Shown here piece after piece: positions 9,887-19,017 of a stretch of DNA of 32,000 bases (its first letter is position 1; every line of letters begins with the position of its first letter). Source of the DNA: Crocosphaera sp. Lineage in GTDB: Bacteria > Cyanobacteriota > Cyanobacteriia > Cyanobacteriales > Microcystaceae. The translations under genes and the position numbers were made by a program. The DNA lies in the NCBI GenBank assembly GCA_030066295.1, contig JASJBX010000056.1, positions 1 through 32,000 of the forward strand. The letters are read 5' to 3'. The notes under the pieces are model-generated. The model searched no databases. It was not told the origin of the DNA and was given only the letters and a program-made list of their open reading frames with translations.

Positions 9887-10558
9887 TCATAAATCAGCCC
9901 ACTGACGTAATAGATTAGCATGGGTTTTCGCTAATAGATCAAATTCTACAGATTTACCTTCCTTAGCGAAAATAGCACGACGTACCGTGTCAATATCAAA
10001 CAAAATTTCCCTTTTGGCTGTATCTCGGATTAAACTTTGAATCCATCCTACCACCACTAATCTTGTCCCTGTCTTAACTGTTTCTACGCGATGTAAAAAA
10101 GTAGAAGGATAGAAAATAATAGACCCAGCATTTAACTTATAAGAAAGATCCCCCTCTGGTTTTTCGATGATTAACTCTCCCCCTTCATAACTGTCAGGAG
10201 AACTCAAAAATAAGGTAAAGGAGACATCAGAGCGAAAAAACTGCTTACCCCCCATTAAAGCATTATCCGTGTGACTGCCGTAGTGCATTTCCGGTTCATA
10301 GCGACTAAACCGTAGGGAGTGAATCTGTTTCGGGTTAATGGCTAGTTTGAATAATAAGTTACGTTGTAGGGCGTTAATGACCAAATCTTCTAGAGGTTTA
10401 ACATCGGGAGACGTTTTCTCTAGTTGCTGATTCTGTTTAACGAGCTTAGCGTGCCATCCGGCTGTGGTTTGACCATCTACAAAGTTACTTCGGGAGAGGG
10501 TTGTGGTGAGTTGGGTTAGTTCTTCAGGCGTGACAATATTATCAATGGTCAAAATCAT
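9887..10558 (-). CDS. Fe(II)/2-oxoglutarate-dependent PKHD-type hydroxylase (PiuC-like)
   Basis: 223 aa; MHYGSHTDNALMG (HxD), SPDSYEGGELIIEKPEG, AGSIIFYPSTFLHRVETVKTGTRLVVVGWIQSLIR. Confidence 0.92.
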   Translation of the reverse strand: MILTIDNIVTPEELTQLTTTLSRSNFVDGQTTAGWHAKLVKQNQQLEKTSPDVKPLEDLVINALQRNLLFKLAINPKQIHSLRFSRYEPEMHYGSHTDNALMGGKQFFRSDVSFTLFLSSPDSYEGGELIIEKPEGDLSYKLNAGSIIFYPSTFLHRVETVKTGTRLVVVGWIQSLIRDTAKREILFDIDTVRRAIFAKEGKSVEFDLLAKTHANLLRQWADL

Positions 10559-10701
10559 CGTTATTCTTGAGTTGTGGCTGTCTTGTTTCCCATTATCTCA
10601 ACTTATTATCCATCTATAAGATATATTTATTGGCAATTTTTGACAGTCTTTCTTAAAATAGAGGCTTTAAGTTAAGATTCGATTAATTGAGGCAACCCAT
10701 A

Positions 10702-10944
10702 ATGAACTCTAAAGCGATTCAACTATTAGTGACTCTTGGTTTAGTAACAACTCTTGGTGCTTGTGGCGGCGGTGGTACGGAGACAACTGCCCCTACTGAA
10801 GCCCCTGCTGAAGAAGCCACCGAAGAAACCACTGAAGCCGAACCCAAGGCGACTGAAGGTGGCGAAGGCGGCGAAGGTGGCGAAGGTGGCGAAGGGGACG
10901 AAGGTGGTGAAGGTGGTGAAGGTGGTGAAGGTGGTGAAGGCTAA
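10702..10944 (+). CDS. Small acidic putative lipoprotein with Gly-Gly-Glu tripeptide repeats
   Basis: MNSKAIQLLVTLGLVTTLGAC lipobox signal peptide followed by Thr/Glu-rich linker and (EGG)n tail. The ORF track starts at 10687; 10702 (ATG) is the more likely start. Confidence 0.65.
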   Translation: MNSKAIQLLVTLGLVTTLGACGGGGTETTAPTEAPAEEATEETTEAEPKATEGGEGGEGGEGGEGDEGGEGGEGGEGGEG

Positions 10945-10971
10945 TGTTTCCCCCCCTTAAACCCTAAGTCA

Positions 10972-11019
10972 AAAGCTGTTGGTTTGCTTCTGAGAAATAT
11001 TAGAAATACCAACAGCTTT
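10972..11019. terminator. Strong hairpin, possible terminator without a clear U-tract
   Basis: Perfect 12-bp inverted repeat AAAGCTGTTGGT (10972-10983) / ACCAACAGCTTT (11008-11019) just downstream of the lipoprotein stop and upstream of a convergent gene end. Confidence 0.45.
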
Positions 11020-11055
11020 GGCTCATTGAGGCTTGAGAATTGAGTTAAAACGAGA

Positions 11056-11496
11056 TTATTTATTATCGACTTTCACTTGAATAACACTGAGAATAGGGGT
11101 TCTAAACGTTAATAAGATAATCAAACTAAGGATGTGAATTAACCAATGGGAAATGACCAGACCCCAGATAACACAAGCCAAAGCACTCGCAAACGCTAAG
11201 ACCCCAAAAATATCATTCCCTGTGCGTTGGTACCAAACCACACTGCCAATAGCAGTGATTAGGAATAAGAGTGGGAAAATTGGCAGGATCATAGCAATTA
11301 CCTTTGAATTGTTGGGTGAGGTTAGATTTTTAAGAAATGATTCGTAACGTCTCATTCCCCTAATGTGTGTCTTGTTTATAACGATAGCATTACTTTTCTC
11401 AGAATTTGGATAATATAAATTATCTAGCGGGGATCTTGTAAGAAATCTTTGCATAACTTCAAACTTGACCGTAGTAATCCCAAAAATCAGGCTCAT
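11056..11496 (-). CDS. Hypothetical membrane protein
   Basis: Two or three hydrophobic segments (VIAMILPIFPLLFLITAIGSVVW; IFGVLAFASALACVIWGLVISHWLIHILSLIILL). True start may be internal (MQRFLT or MRRYES). Confidence 0.5.
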   Translation of the reverse strand: MSLIFGITTVKFEVMQRFLTRSPLDNLYYPNSEKSNAIVINKTHIRGMRRYESFLKNLTSPNNSKVIAMILPIFPLLFLITAIGSVVWYQRTGNDIFGVLAFASALACVIWGLVISHWLIHILSLIILLTFRTPILSVIQVKVDNK

Positions 11497-11543
11497 TTCA
11501 TGAATAAATGTTGAGGAGTTAAGAGTATTTTAGGGATTTATCA

Positions 11544-13046
11544 CTAAGAGGAAAACTCAATTTTGCTGAAGAACTCCAGCAGCCAATTTTTGAGGTGAAG
11601 GGTGGCCAAACAATCATCTTCGTTATAACGCAAAATAGAACTGAGACAACTGCGATCCCCTGTGGTTAACCATTGGTCGTACCAGCAAACGCATTGATCC
11701 CCACTTATTCCAGCATCCCGCCAATGAAACCCTAACCAGTTGGCCAAAGACTTAAGGGAGTAATTTTCTACCGGGAGAATTACGGAGGTAATTACACAGT
11801 GATGAAGGTCGATTAAACGGGATAATAAATGTTGAATTTGAGGGTCAGGAGTTTTATACAGCTTTCCTAAACGTTTGATGGTATCTTTTTCATAGTCTGA
11901 AAAGTGAAAAATAGGAGCGTGATCATAAGTATTGACTAACTCTAAAAACTGCTGCCAAATAACCCCTTCTTCTTCAGGAGTCTCTGCTAGAAAAGGATAA
12001 AAGATTTGGGTTTGGGTCAACCGATCAACCACCACAACCCCCAGTAAATAATCAACATTCCGTTCCGGTTCGGCTTCAATATCAAAATAAAGTTCAATCC
12101 TGCGGGGAGAAAGAATCTCAGGCAAATTATACTGGGATTGAGGCCGAGCAAGAGGATGGTTATGGACCAGGGAATGAGCCTGTTGTTGCAATTTCTCAGC
12201 GAGTTCAGTACCCATCAGTTCCTTGATACTGTCTAAGTTAGCCTTAGCTAGAGAATCAGTGGTGAGGATTCCAATTTCTTGTAGGGACTGATAACGACTG
12301 GGAGTGACTCCTGGAACCAGAGACAGATGTTGTTGAGATTGAGCGATCGCATGACAATAACTGTACCACCGACACAGATTACATCGTTGTCTGGCAATAA
12401 ATACGTCCGGTTCGTCTGCTGTTTCGAGAATTGTTACACATTCCTCTAAAATAAGCTGTAACTTTGGTAACCACTGCACTATATCCACGGAAGAATGTTT
12501 CAGAGGACGGATAATTAATTCTGCAATGGGAGGGGTGCTTTCTTGGATAATGGCTAATAATTGAGCATAAAATGTGGCAACGAGCTTATATTCTGGTTTC
12601 GCCTTGCGGCCTAAATGAATACTGATGGGATAATAAAACCAATCCCCAAATTTAGACTGGCCAGGTTGTTTAATTAATAAATGGGGTTTTCCTAAATAAT
12701 CATAACCAAACGGCAGAATTCTCGGAGAATTTTCCCGCCACTCAATGGAGTTTGAACATTGATCATCAACCCATAATATGCCTTTATAGATACAATCAAC
12801 CCCTTGCTGCATTAAAACTTCGGTCGCTTGTGCTTTTTCTTGCCAACTACTTTGTGAGAATGGAAGTCTTTCATAATGGGGATAATAGGTATCTAAAACT
12901 GAGGCAATATGACGTTTATTTTCCTGTCGAAGTCTGTCCAAAAAATCCCGTTCTTGATCTTGCTGTGTGGGATCACCATGAAGGTTGAGAAAAGCTCGGC
13001 GTGAACATCGTTTATAATCCAGTAGTAGAGAATCAGTGATTAGCAT
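11544..13046 (-). CDS. TM0106 family RecB-like putative nuclease (RecB-like + RNase H-like domains)
   Basis: 500 aa; LLLDYKRCSRRAFLNLHGD, CxxC-type cysteines (RCNLCRWYSYC), LYFDIEAEPERNVDYLLGVVVVD and HFSDYEKDTIKRL, DCLATLHLKNWLL. Confidence 0.85.
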   Translation of the reverse strand: MLITDSLLLDYKRCSRRAFLNLHGDPTQQDQERDFLDRLRQENKRHIASVLDTYYPHYERLPFSQSSWQEKAQATEVLMQQGVDCIYKGILWVDDQCSNSIEWRENSPRILPFGYDYLGKPHLLIKQPGQSKFGDWFYYPISIHLGRKAKPEYKLVATFYAQLLAIIQESTPPIAELIIRPLKHSSVDIVQWLPKLQLILEECVTILETADEPDVFIARQRCNLCRWYSYCHAIAQSQQHLSLVPGVTPSRYQSLQEIGILTTDSLAKANLDSIKELMGTELAEKLQQQAHSLVHNHPLARPQSQYNLPEILSPRRIELYFDIEAEPERNVDYLLGVVVVDRLTQTQIFYPFLAETPEEEGVIWQQFLELVNTYDHAPIFHFSDYEKDTIKRLGKLYKTPDPQIQHLLSRLIDLHHCVITSVILPVENYSLKSLANWLGFHWRDAGISGDQCVCWYDQWLTTGDRSCLSSILRYNEDDCLATLHLKNWLLEFFSKIEFSS

Positions 13047-13341
13047 TATTATTCAGAAATTTCCTCTCATTGTTAATTATCCCCTCATCCGTTATCACTG
13101 ATCAGTTTTTAGCTGTCCACCCTCCCCATCTCCCCACAGAGGAACTTGCTAGGAAAATAATAAGTCTAATCAGCTAGGAGTCTATATTCAAGGTATTTAA
13201 GGAAAAATTTAGGTTATTGAGTCAACGATTTTGAACTGAATCTGATAAGGTGGAAAAGTTATCCTAGACTCAAAAGAGTTTCTGGGACTCTATAATCAAA
13301 ATTCAGTATACATATCCCTATAGAATGTGAGGTTAATTGTG

Positions 13342-14088
13342 ATGAAATCATTAATCCGTTGGAGTGCGACTCTCGGTTTATTAGGCAGTACCCTGATAGG
13401 CACTTGGTTCGGTCAAATGCCGAAAGTTTTAGCCCTTCCTGAAGCTGATGTTATTAAAGTGTTGCAAGGGGTTCCTGTTTTTACTATCACCACTGACCAG
13501 GGCGGTCCCTTGATTGCGACCCTAGAAGACGACCAAAAGGTAACACAAGTCTTTATGAGTCAGCAAGACGCCAACAAATTTCTAAATCAACTCAAAGAAA
13601 GTCAGCCAGACATAGGTAATAGGGTTAGAGTACAGCCGGTATCTTTGGGAGAAGTTTATCGTTTCGCCTTGGCCAATAACACAGACACACAGTCTTTAAA
13701 ATTTGCTTATATTCCCATGCAAAGTGCGGTAGAGTCTGCCAAAAAAGTGTTAAACGATAATGGACAGCAATATCAGGGCGGGGTTCCCCTCTTTACCCTA
13801 CGCGGGGGTCCAGAAAATAGTATCTTAACCATTCAACAAGATAATCAAGAAGTGATTCCCTTCTTCTTTGAAAAAGCCCCCATTCAGGCGATCGCAGAGC
13901 AAATGAAAAAAGATCAGCCTGATATTGCCCCAACCGTGCAGATCGAAGTCGTTCCCCTAGAAAATGTCATTGGTTTACTACAAATGAAGGATGATGCCAT
14001 GCTCAAACAAATACAGTTGATTCCTTCCCAAGAAACCATGAAATTTATTCAGGATGCCATTCAATCTCAGCAAAACCAAGGCCAATAA
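13342..14088 (+). CDS. Tic22 family protein (paralog 1)
   Basis: Signal peptide ...MPKVLALPEADVIKVLQGVPVFTITTDQGGPLIATL...VFMSQQDANKFLNQL; ends PIFFEKAPI-like, typical of cyanobacterial Tic22. ORF track start 13327 is a GTG; ATG at 13342 preferred. Confidence 0.82.
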   Translation: MKSLIRWSATLGLLGSTLIGTWFGQMPKVLALPEADVIKVLQGVPVFTITTDQGGPLIATLEDDQKVTQVFMSQQDANKFLNQLKESQPDIGNRVRVQPVSLGEVYRFALANNTDTQSLKFAYIPMQSAVESAKKVLNDNGQQYQGGVPLFTLRGGPENSILTIQQDNQEVIPFFFEKAPIQAIAEQMKKDQPDIAPTVQIEVVPLENVIGLLQMKDDAMLKQIQLIPSQETMKFIQDAIQSQQNQGQ

Positions 14089-14108
14089 AATCGTCACTCA
14101 ACTTAAAG

Positions 14109-14138
14109 ATCCCCAACTTAAACCCTTGGGGATTTTCC
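14109..14138 (+). terminator. Intrinsic terminator after first tic22-like gene
   Basis: ATCCCCAA (14109-14116) / TTGGGGAT (14126-14133) followed by ttttcctttgtt. Confidence 0.65.
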
Positions 14139-14165
14139 TTTGTTATACTGATCAGCAAAAACGCC

Positions 14166-14906
14166 ATGAAGAGTATTATTCGTTGGAGTTTAACCCTAGG
14201 AATTCTGATTAACCCGGTTAGTAACCTGAGCTTAATAAAACCAACTCCAGTGGTTGCTTTACCACAGTCGGAAATTGTGGAATTTTTGTCGGGGGTTCCT
14301 GTTTATAGTGTACTCAGTCAAGAAGGATTGCCCATTGGTCGTCAATTAGAGGATGGGGATATCGTCACCCCTGTATTCATGAGTCGCACAGAAGCTCAAG
14401 CGTTTGTCACAGAGTTGGGGAAAATAGACCCTGAGATGGCAAGGTCCTATCGTATTCGCGTTCTCCCCCTCAGTCGTATCTATGAAATTGCACGGGAAAC
14501 TTCGACCAATTCCACCCGTCTGTTCTTGGATTATATTCCCAGTGCCAGAGAATTACAGGCCGCTCGTGCATTAGTCAGCGAAAAAGGTCAAAAATATCCA
14601 GGGGATGTGCCTTTATATCTAGCGAAAATTGAATCCGATCAATCTTATTTAACGATCAAACAAGATGATCAAGAAATTGTCCCTATCTTCTTTGAAAAAG
14701 CAACGATTGATCAATGGATCGATACCATTAGTCAAACTCAACCCAACCTTGGTCAGACGATAGATATTAATGTTATTTCTTTGAGCAGTTTAATTGCTAA
14801 CTTGGAAAAAAATGACAATGCGTTACTGAGGAGTTTACGGTTCTGGCCCTCTGAGGAAATGATGAAGATTATTCGCTCGAATTCCGAAAATCAACCCCAA
14901 CTTTAA
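14166..14906 (+). CDS. Tic22 family protein (paralog 2)
   Basis: 246 aa, aligns throughout with the 13342-14088 product (MKSIIRWS; ALPQSEIVEFLSGVPVYSV; VFMSRTEAQAFVTEL; PIFFEKATIDQWI; PSEEMMKII). Confidence 0.82.
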   Translation: MKSIIRWSLTLGILINPVSNLSLIKPTPVVALPQSEIVEFLSGVPVYSVLSQEGLPIGRQLEDGDIVTPVFMSRTEAQAFVTELGKIDPEMARSYRIRVLPLSRIYEIARETSTNSTRLFLDYIPSARELQAARALVSEKGQKYPGDVPLYLAKIESDQSYLTIKQDDQEIVPIFFEKATIDQWIDTISQTQPNLGQTIDINVISLSSLIANLEKNDNALLRSLRFWPSEEMMKIIRSNSENQPQL

Positions 14907-14907
14907 T

Positions 14908-14960
14908 GTCGGTAAGGGGTCTCCCGTTAACGTTCGTATAACGGGAGGGGAATTACCGAC
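14908..14960. repeat. Long two-part inverted repeat (hairpin)
   Basis: GTCGGTAA (14908-14915) / TTACCGAC (14953-14960) enclosing CTCCCGTTA (14921-14929) / TAACGGGAG (14939-14947), with symmetric 5-nt internal loops. Confidence 0.85.
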
Positions 14961-15048
14961 CAAAAAATAAACCGACCGTAGGGAGTCCTTCCAGACGAGA
15001 TAGGATGTCAGGAGTGATGACCTGGCGACGATATTTAGTAAAGAAGAT

Positions 15049-15954
15049 ATGGCCTCTGTTTTTCCCATCTCTGGACAAGAATTAGCTCAATGGTATCATT
15101 GGGCCAAACAAGAAGCGATCGCTGCTCATATCTCCCCCTCCGAGGTAGACTGGTTACTGCAAGCGGTGAGTCCCTTGGATGGTTTATCGTTGCGCTTAGG
15201 ACTATTCAAAGAGCGATCGCCCATTCCCCTAAAATACCCTTTATGGGAATTATCCCAACTATGGCAACGTCGAGTTAAACAAAAAGTCCCCCTACAATAT
15301 TTGGTGGGAGTCACTCCTTGGCGACACTTTTCTCTGAAAGTCTCCCCTGATGTCTTAATTCCTCGTCCCGAAACGGAGTTAATGATTGATTTTGTCGTCG
15401 AAGCTGCTAAAAATAGTCCTAACCCTGATCTGCTCTCTGGCCATTGGGTGGATCTCGGAACGGGAAGTGGTGCGATCGCCCTCGGCCTAGCAGATAGTTT
15501 TCCCCAAGCTACTATTCATGCTGTGGATACTAGCAGCAAAGCGTTAGCGATTGCCCAAGAAAATGCTATCCATGAAAGACTTTCTGCTAAAATTCACTTT
15601 TATCAAGGATCGTGGTGGACTCCTTTAGACCCTTTAAAGGGACAAGTGAGTGGGATGGTGTCTAACCCTCCTTATATCCCCACCTCTTTGCTGTCTCAAC
15701 TCCAACCAGAGGTGAAAGAACATGAACCCATACTTGCTTTAGACGGGGGAGATGACGGTTTAGATGCCATTACTTATCTTATCAAGACTTCTCCCGATTA
15801 TCTCGTGTCCGGGGGCATTTTTTTAGTAGAAATGATGGCGGGACAAGGGGAAGACGTGAAACAATTATTAGAAGCATCGGGTTGTTATCAGGGGATTGAG
15901 ATTTTACCGGATTTAGCAGGGATTGGTCGTTTTGTTGTAGCGTATCTGGGTTAA
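15049..15954 (+). CDS. prmC: Peptide chain release factor N(5)-glutamine methyltransferase
   Basis: 301 aa; LQYLVGVTPWRHFSLKVSPDVLIPRPETELMIDFV, VDLGTGSGAIAL, SNPPYIP (NPPY). Confidence 0.95.
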   Translation: MASVFPISGQELAQWYHWAKQEAIAAHISPSEVDWLLQAVSPLDGLSLRLGLFKERSPIPLKYPLWELSQLWQRRVKQKVPLQYLVGVTPWRHFSLKVSPDVLIPRPETELMIDFVVEAAKNSPNPDLLSGHWVDLGTGSGAIALGLADSFPQATIHAVDTSSKALAIAQENAIHERLSAKIHFYQGSWWTPLDPLKGQVSGMVSNPPYIPTSLLSQLQPEVKEHEPILALDGGDDGLDAITYLIKTSPDYLVSGGIFLVEMMAGQGEDVKQLLEASGCYQGIEILPDLAGIGRFVVAYLG

Positions 15955-16164
15955 TGTAATGGCTGTATATAGAAAAAAATCTATTAAAAACAATGTTAAA
16001 ATATAATATAATCTATACTTATTATTTTGATTAACTTTTTTTTATAGTTTAGTGGCTTAAATATAAGTTTTTTTAACACAAAGATGCTAAACTAATTGAT
16101 GAGATTAATACGGGATCACCATAAGGCTTAATCAGTAATTTAAGTGTTATTTGCATGACTTTCG

Positions 16165-16196
16165 GGTGCGTTTTTGACGCACCTTTTTATTTTTTT
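16165..16196 (+). terminator. Strong rho-independent terminator
   Basis: GGTGCGT (16165-16171) TTTTG ACGCACC (16177-16183) followed immediately by TTTTTATTTTTTT. Confidence 0.88.
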
Positions 16197-16279
16197 CTAT
16201 AGACTTATAATTATACTGTCCTTTTGGAAGTTTCTCAATTTCAGTAATGCCAACCCTCATTATAATTCCTCATTATTTA

Positions 16280-18016
16280 CTAATTTTCATGACTTTCTAC
16301 AGAGCCATTAACCTGATGATGATTAGGGTTTAATAAGTTAGTAATGGGGTCGACACGAAATCCTGGGGCGGTATAATTTTCGGGTAAATAATCGGCTGGA
16401 ATAGTATTATGATTCCCGTCACGAATGGCACTATAATGAGGGGATAATATTTCAATATCAGCTTCGTTACATTTGTCTTGAATATTTTGGTGTAACTCCG
16501 AATAAATCTCTGCCATTTTGGTTGACTCATTGGTATAAGCATTAATTTCATAACTAACATAAAAATCGTTTAACCCGGTTTGTAAGACAAAGGGTAACGG
16601 ACTTTTTAAGATACAATTAGTAGATTGAGCAGCAGTAATTAACACCTGATGAACTTTACGCCAAGGAATATCATAACCCAGGGTGATAGTGGTATGTAAA
16701 ATCAAAGGTCTTTTTAAGTCTCGTTTTAAGGCACTATAATTAATAACATTACTATTAATAATGACAGAGTTGGGAATAGTAATAACAACATTTTTAACCG
16801 TTCTAATTCTCGTAACCAATAGGTTTTTTTCCAGAACATCTCCTACCGCATCCCCAATTTTTACCCGATCAGATAGTTGAAATGCACGAGTATAAATCAA
16901 CACTAAACCTGATACTGTATTAGAAATAACTCCTGTCGAACCCAAGGTAAATAAAAGAGCAGCAAAAGCCGAAACCCCCTTAAATGCAGGAGAATTAAAC
17001 CCCGGTAAGTAGGGGAAAGCAAACACCGCAGCTAACATAATCGTTAGCCAACTTAGCAGTCGATAAGTGGGTTGGGCCCATTCAGGATAAAAGCCAGAAA
17101 ATTGTAAATTTCCTGTTTCTATCTCGTTGAAAAGAAAGTTTAAAAATCGTAAAATATAATAGGTTAAATAAATAATAACACCGACAACAAAAATATTAGG
17201 TAAATAACCCATTAATCCACTAAAGACAGTATTAATAGCACGAATCAAATAATCAAATAATAAGTTAGAGATTTTTCTGGTTTGGGGAAAGAAACCTAAA
17301 ACAATAGGAACAAATATATAAAGAATAAAAAAAGTTAACGTTAGCCGAACAATTTTAATAATAGTTTTAAAGGTTTTTGTTAATCTTTCTGCGGATAAAA
17401 GTTCAAGATTTTTGATACGAATAGATGGAATCAAGGTTCCTTGCCAACTTTCTAAACGAGCATTTACATAAGGAAAAATCAAGTCAAATATTTTTAAGAT
17501 TAATAATAAAATCAATAAACTGATGATCGTACAAATAACACCAATAACCCAATAAAAAGGACGACGTTCAAGTTGATAGGCTTTTAAGGCTTTTTTGAAA
17601 GCGTTTAAATTAACTTCTGCTAACTCTTGACGGGAACTATCGGCAGCCATTGCATCATCTGTTGTTACCGTCATTAATGTTTTTCTATTAAATAAAATGA
17701 TAACAATATTACCTTGATCATCGAGATCAAACTTATCATCAGTAATTTCAATGCGACTATTATTAGCAATATTATTTAAGCGACGGATGATAATATCGGC
17801 TCTCTCTTCGGCAGATAAAGATCCATTACCTTCATAAATAGTTAATAGGTTAGTATGGTCAAAAATGACAGGGAATCCTTTATGATCCGTCGTATTTCCC
17901 AAGCTAAAATCAGGAAAAAAACTGCTTTGAAATACCACCCATAAAAAAGTAATGATTCCTATAACAATAGTCTGACACTGCTTATGTTTATGAAAGTTTA
18001 CCAAATAAGGTTTCAT
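16280..18016 (-). CDS. Mechanosensitive ion channel (MscS) family protein
   Basis: 578 aa, N-terminal periplasmic region, multiple TM, MscS core GSTGVISNTVSGLVLIYTRAFQLSDRVKIGDAVGDV...IPNSVIINSNVINYS. Confidence 0.92.
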   Translation of the reverse strand: MKPYLVNFHKHKQCQTIVIGIITFLWVVFQSSFFPDFSLGNTTDHKGFPVIFDHTNLLTIYEGNGSLSAEERADIIIRRLNNIANNSRIEITDDKFDLDDQGNIVIILFNRKTLMTVTTDDAMAADSSRQELAEVNLNAFKKALKAYQLERRPFYWVIGVICTIISLLILLLILKIFDLIFPYVNARLESWQGTLIPSIRIKNLELLSAERLTKTFKTIIKIVRLTLTFFILYIFVPIVLGFFPQTRKISNLLFDYLIRAINTVFSGLMGYLPNIFVVGVIIYLTYYILRFLNFLFNEIETGNLQFSGFYPEWAQPTYRLLSWLTIMLAAVFAFPYLPGFNSPAFKGVSAFAALLFTLGSTGVISNTVSGLVLIYTRAFQLSDRVKIGDAVGDVLEKNLLVTRIRTVKNVVITIPNSVIINSNVINYSALKRDLKRPLILHTTITLGYDIPWRKVHQVLITAAQSTNCILKSPLPFVLQTGLNDFYVSYEINAYTNESTKMAEIYSELHQNIQDKCNEADIEILSPHYSAIRDGNHNTIPADYLPENYTAPGFRVDPITNLLNPNHHQVNGSVESHEN

Positions 18017-18256
18017 TTTAATTGATTAATTTTTGCTGATGAGGGACCAATAGAGTAATGTTGCCTAAACTTTGAGGAATAAGACCCATTATTTTAGATT
18101 AATTTTAGAAACCACTGAATTTTTATAACCGTTGTTAGAGTCAATTTAATCTCTTCAAATCTAAAGATGTTGTGAAAATAACTATCAAACTAAGAAAAAA
18201 CGTTTAAAAAAGAGAACGAAGGTAAATAAATACAAAGAGGTCTTGGTTGACTTTTT

Positions 18257-18982
18257 ATGGAACAAATAATACAAAATTCCCTGTTTACTCCCTATTTGGC
18301 CTTACATATTCCCGATGGCTTTTTGAATCCTGGTGTTAGCTTATTTTGTTGGGTGATCACCATTGTTTTAATTGCCGTTTCTTTACAGAAAGTACAAAAA
18401 GACTATCAAGAAAGAACCGTCCCGTTGATGGGGGTTTGTGCAGCCTTTATTTTTGCAGCGCAAATGATTAACTTTCCCATTCCTGGGGGAACTTCCGGCC
18501 ATTTAGTCGGGGGAACCCTGGCAGCGATTATCCTAGGTCCGTGGGCAGGAACTTTAGTGGTAACCGTGGTGTTTATCGTTCAAGCAGTTTTATTCCAAGA
18601 TGGCGGTTTAACCGTTTTAGGAGCAAATATCTTGAATATGGGACTGATTGGAACCTTTTGCGGATATTATCTCTATAAAGCCATTCGTTTGTCCCTAGGT
18701 CGAAATTCTTGGAAAAGCATGACCACTGCAACGGTAGTGGCAGCTTGGTGTAGTGTGGTGATTGCTGCGATCGCCACTGCTTTACAATTAGCCTTATCAG
18801 GAACCGTTCCCTTAATGGTATCCATGATTGCTATGGTATCCTGGCACATTTTCATCGGTGTTGGAGAAGCCATAATTACTGTAATCGCGGTGGGATTTGT
18901 TTGGCGATCGCGTCCCGATCTCATCTACGATCGTCCTTCATCTCTCAAGTTAGATGTCAGAGAAAATGTTCATAGTTCATAG
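18257..18982 (+). CDS. cbiM: Cobalt/nickel ECF transporter substrate-binding component CbiM
   Basis: HIPDGFLNPGVSLFCW, INFPIPGGTSGHLVGGTLAAIILGPWAG, QAVLFQDGGLTVLGANILNMG, a highly diagnostic CbiM sequence. Confidence 0.93.
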   Translation: MEQIIQNSLFTPYLALHIPDGFLNPGVSLFCWVITIVLIAVSLQKVQKDYQERTVPLMGVCAAFIFAAQMINFPIPGGTSGHLVGGTLAAIILGPWAGTLVVTVVFIVQAVLFQDGGLTVLGANILNMGLIGTFCGYYLYKAIRLSLGRNSWKSMTTATVVAAWCSVVIAAIATALQLALSGTVPLMVSMIAMVSWHIFIGVGEAIITVIAVGFVWRSRPDLIYDRPSSLKLDVRENVHSS

Positions 18983-19017
18983 AAATATTAACCCTTAACC
19001 AAAGAATAATTCTGAAA

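Noticed and set aside
10754-10960. Alternative-frame ORF with AKVAKVAKV repeats
   Set aside because: Shadow frame of the Gly-Gly-Glu repeat; the lipoprotein frame has a genuine signal peptide and lipobox.
11153-11347. 64 aa + ORF
   Set aside because: Antisense to the membrane protein ORF with coding-like hydrophobic segments.
12752-12988. 78 aa + ORF
   Set aside because: Antisense shadow inside the RecB-like nuclease gene.
14835-15068. 77 aa - ORF across the hairpin
   Set aside because: Overlaps the end of a tic22-like gene, the hairpin and the prmC start; no support.
18020-18256. Cobalamin or Ni/Co riboswitch upstream of cbiM
   Set aside because: No B12-box or NiCo consensus recognised; only AT-rich sequence.
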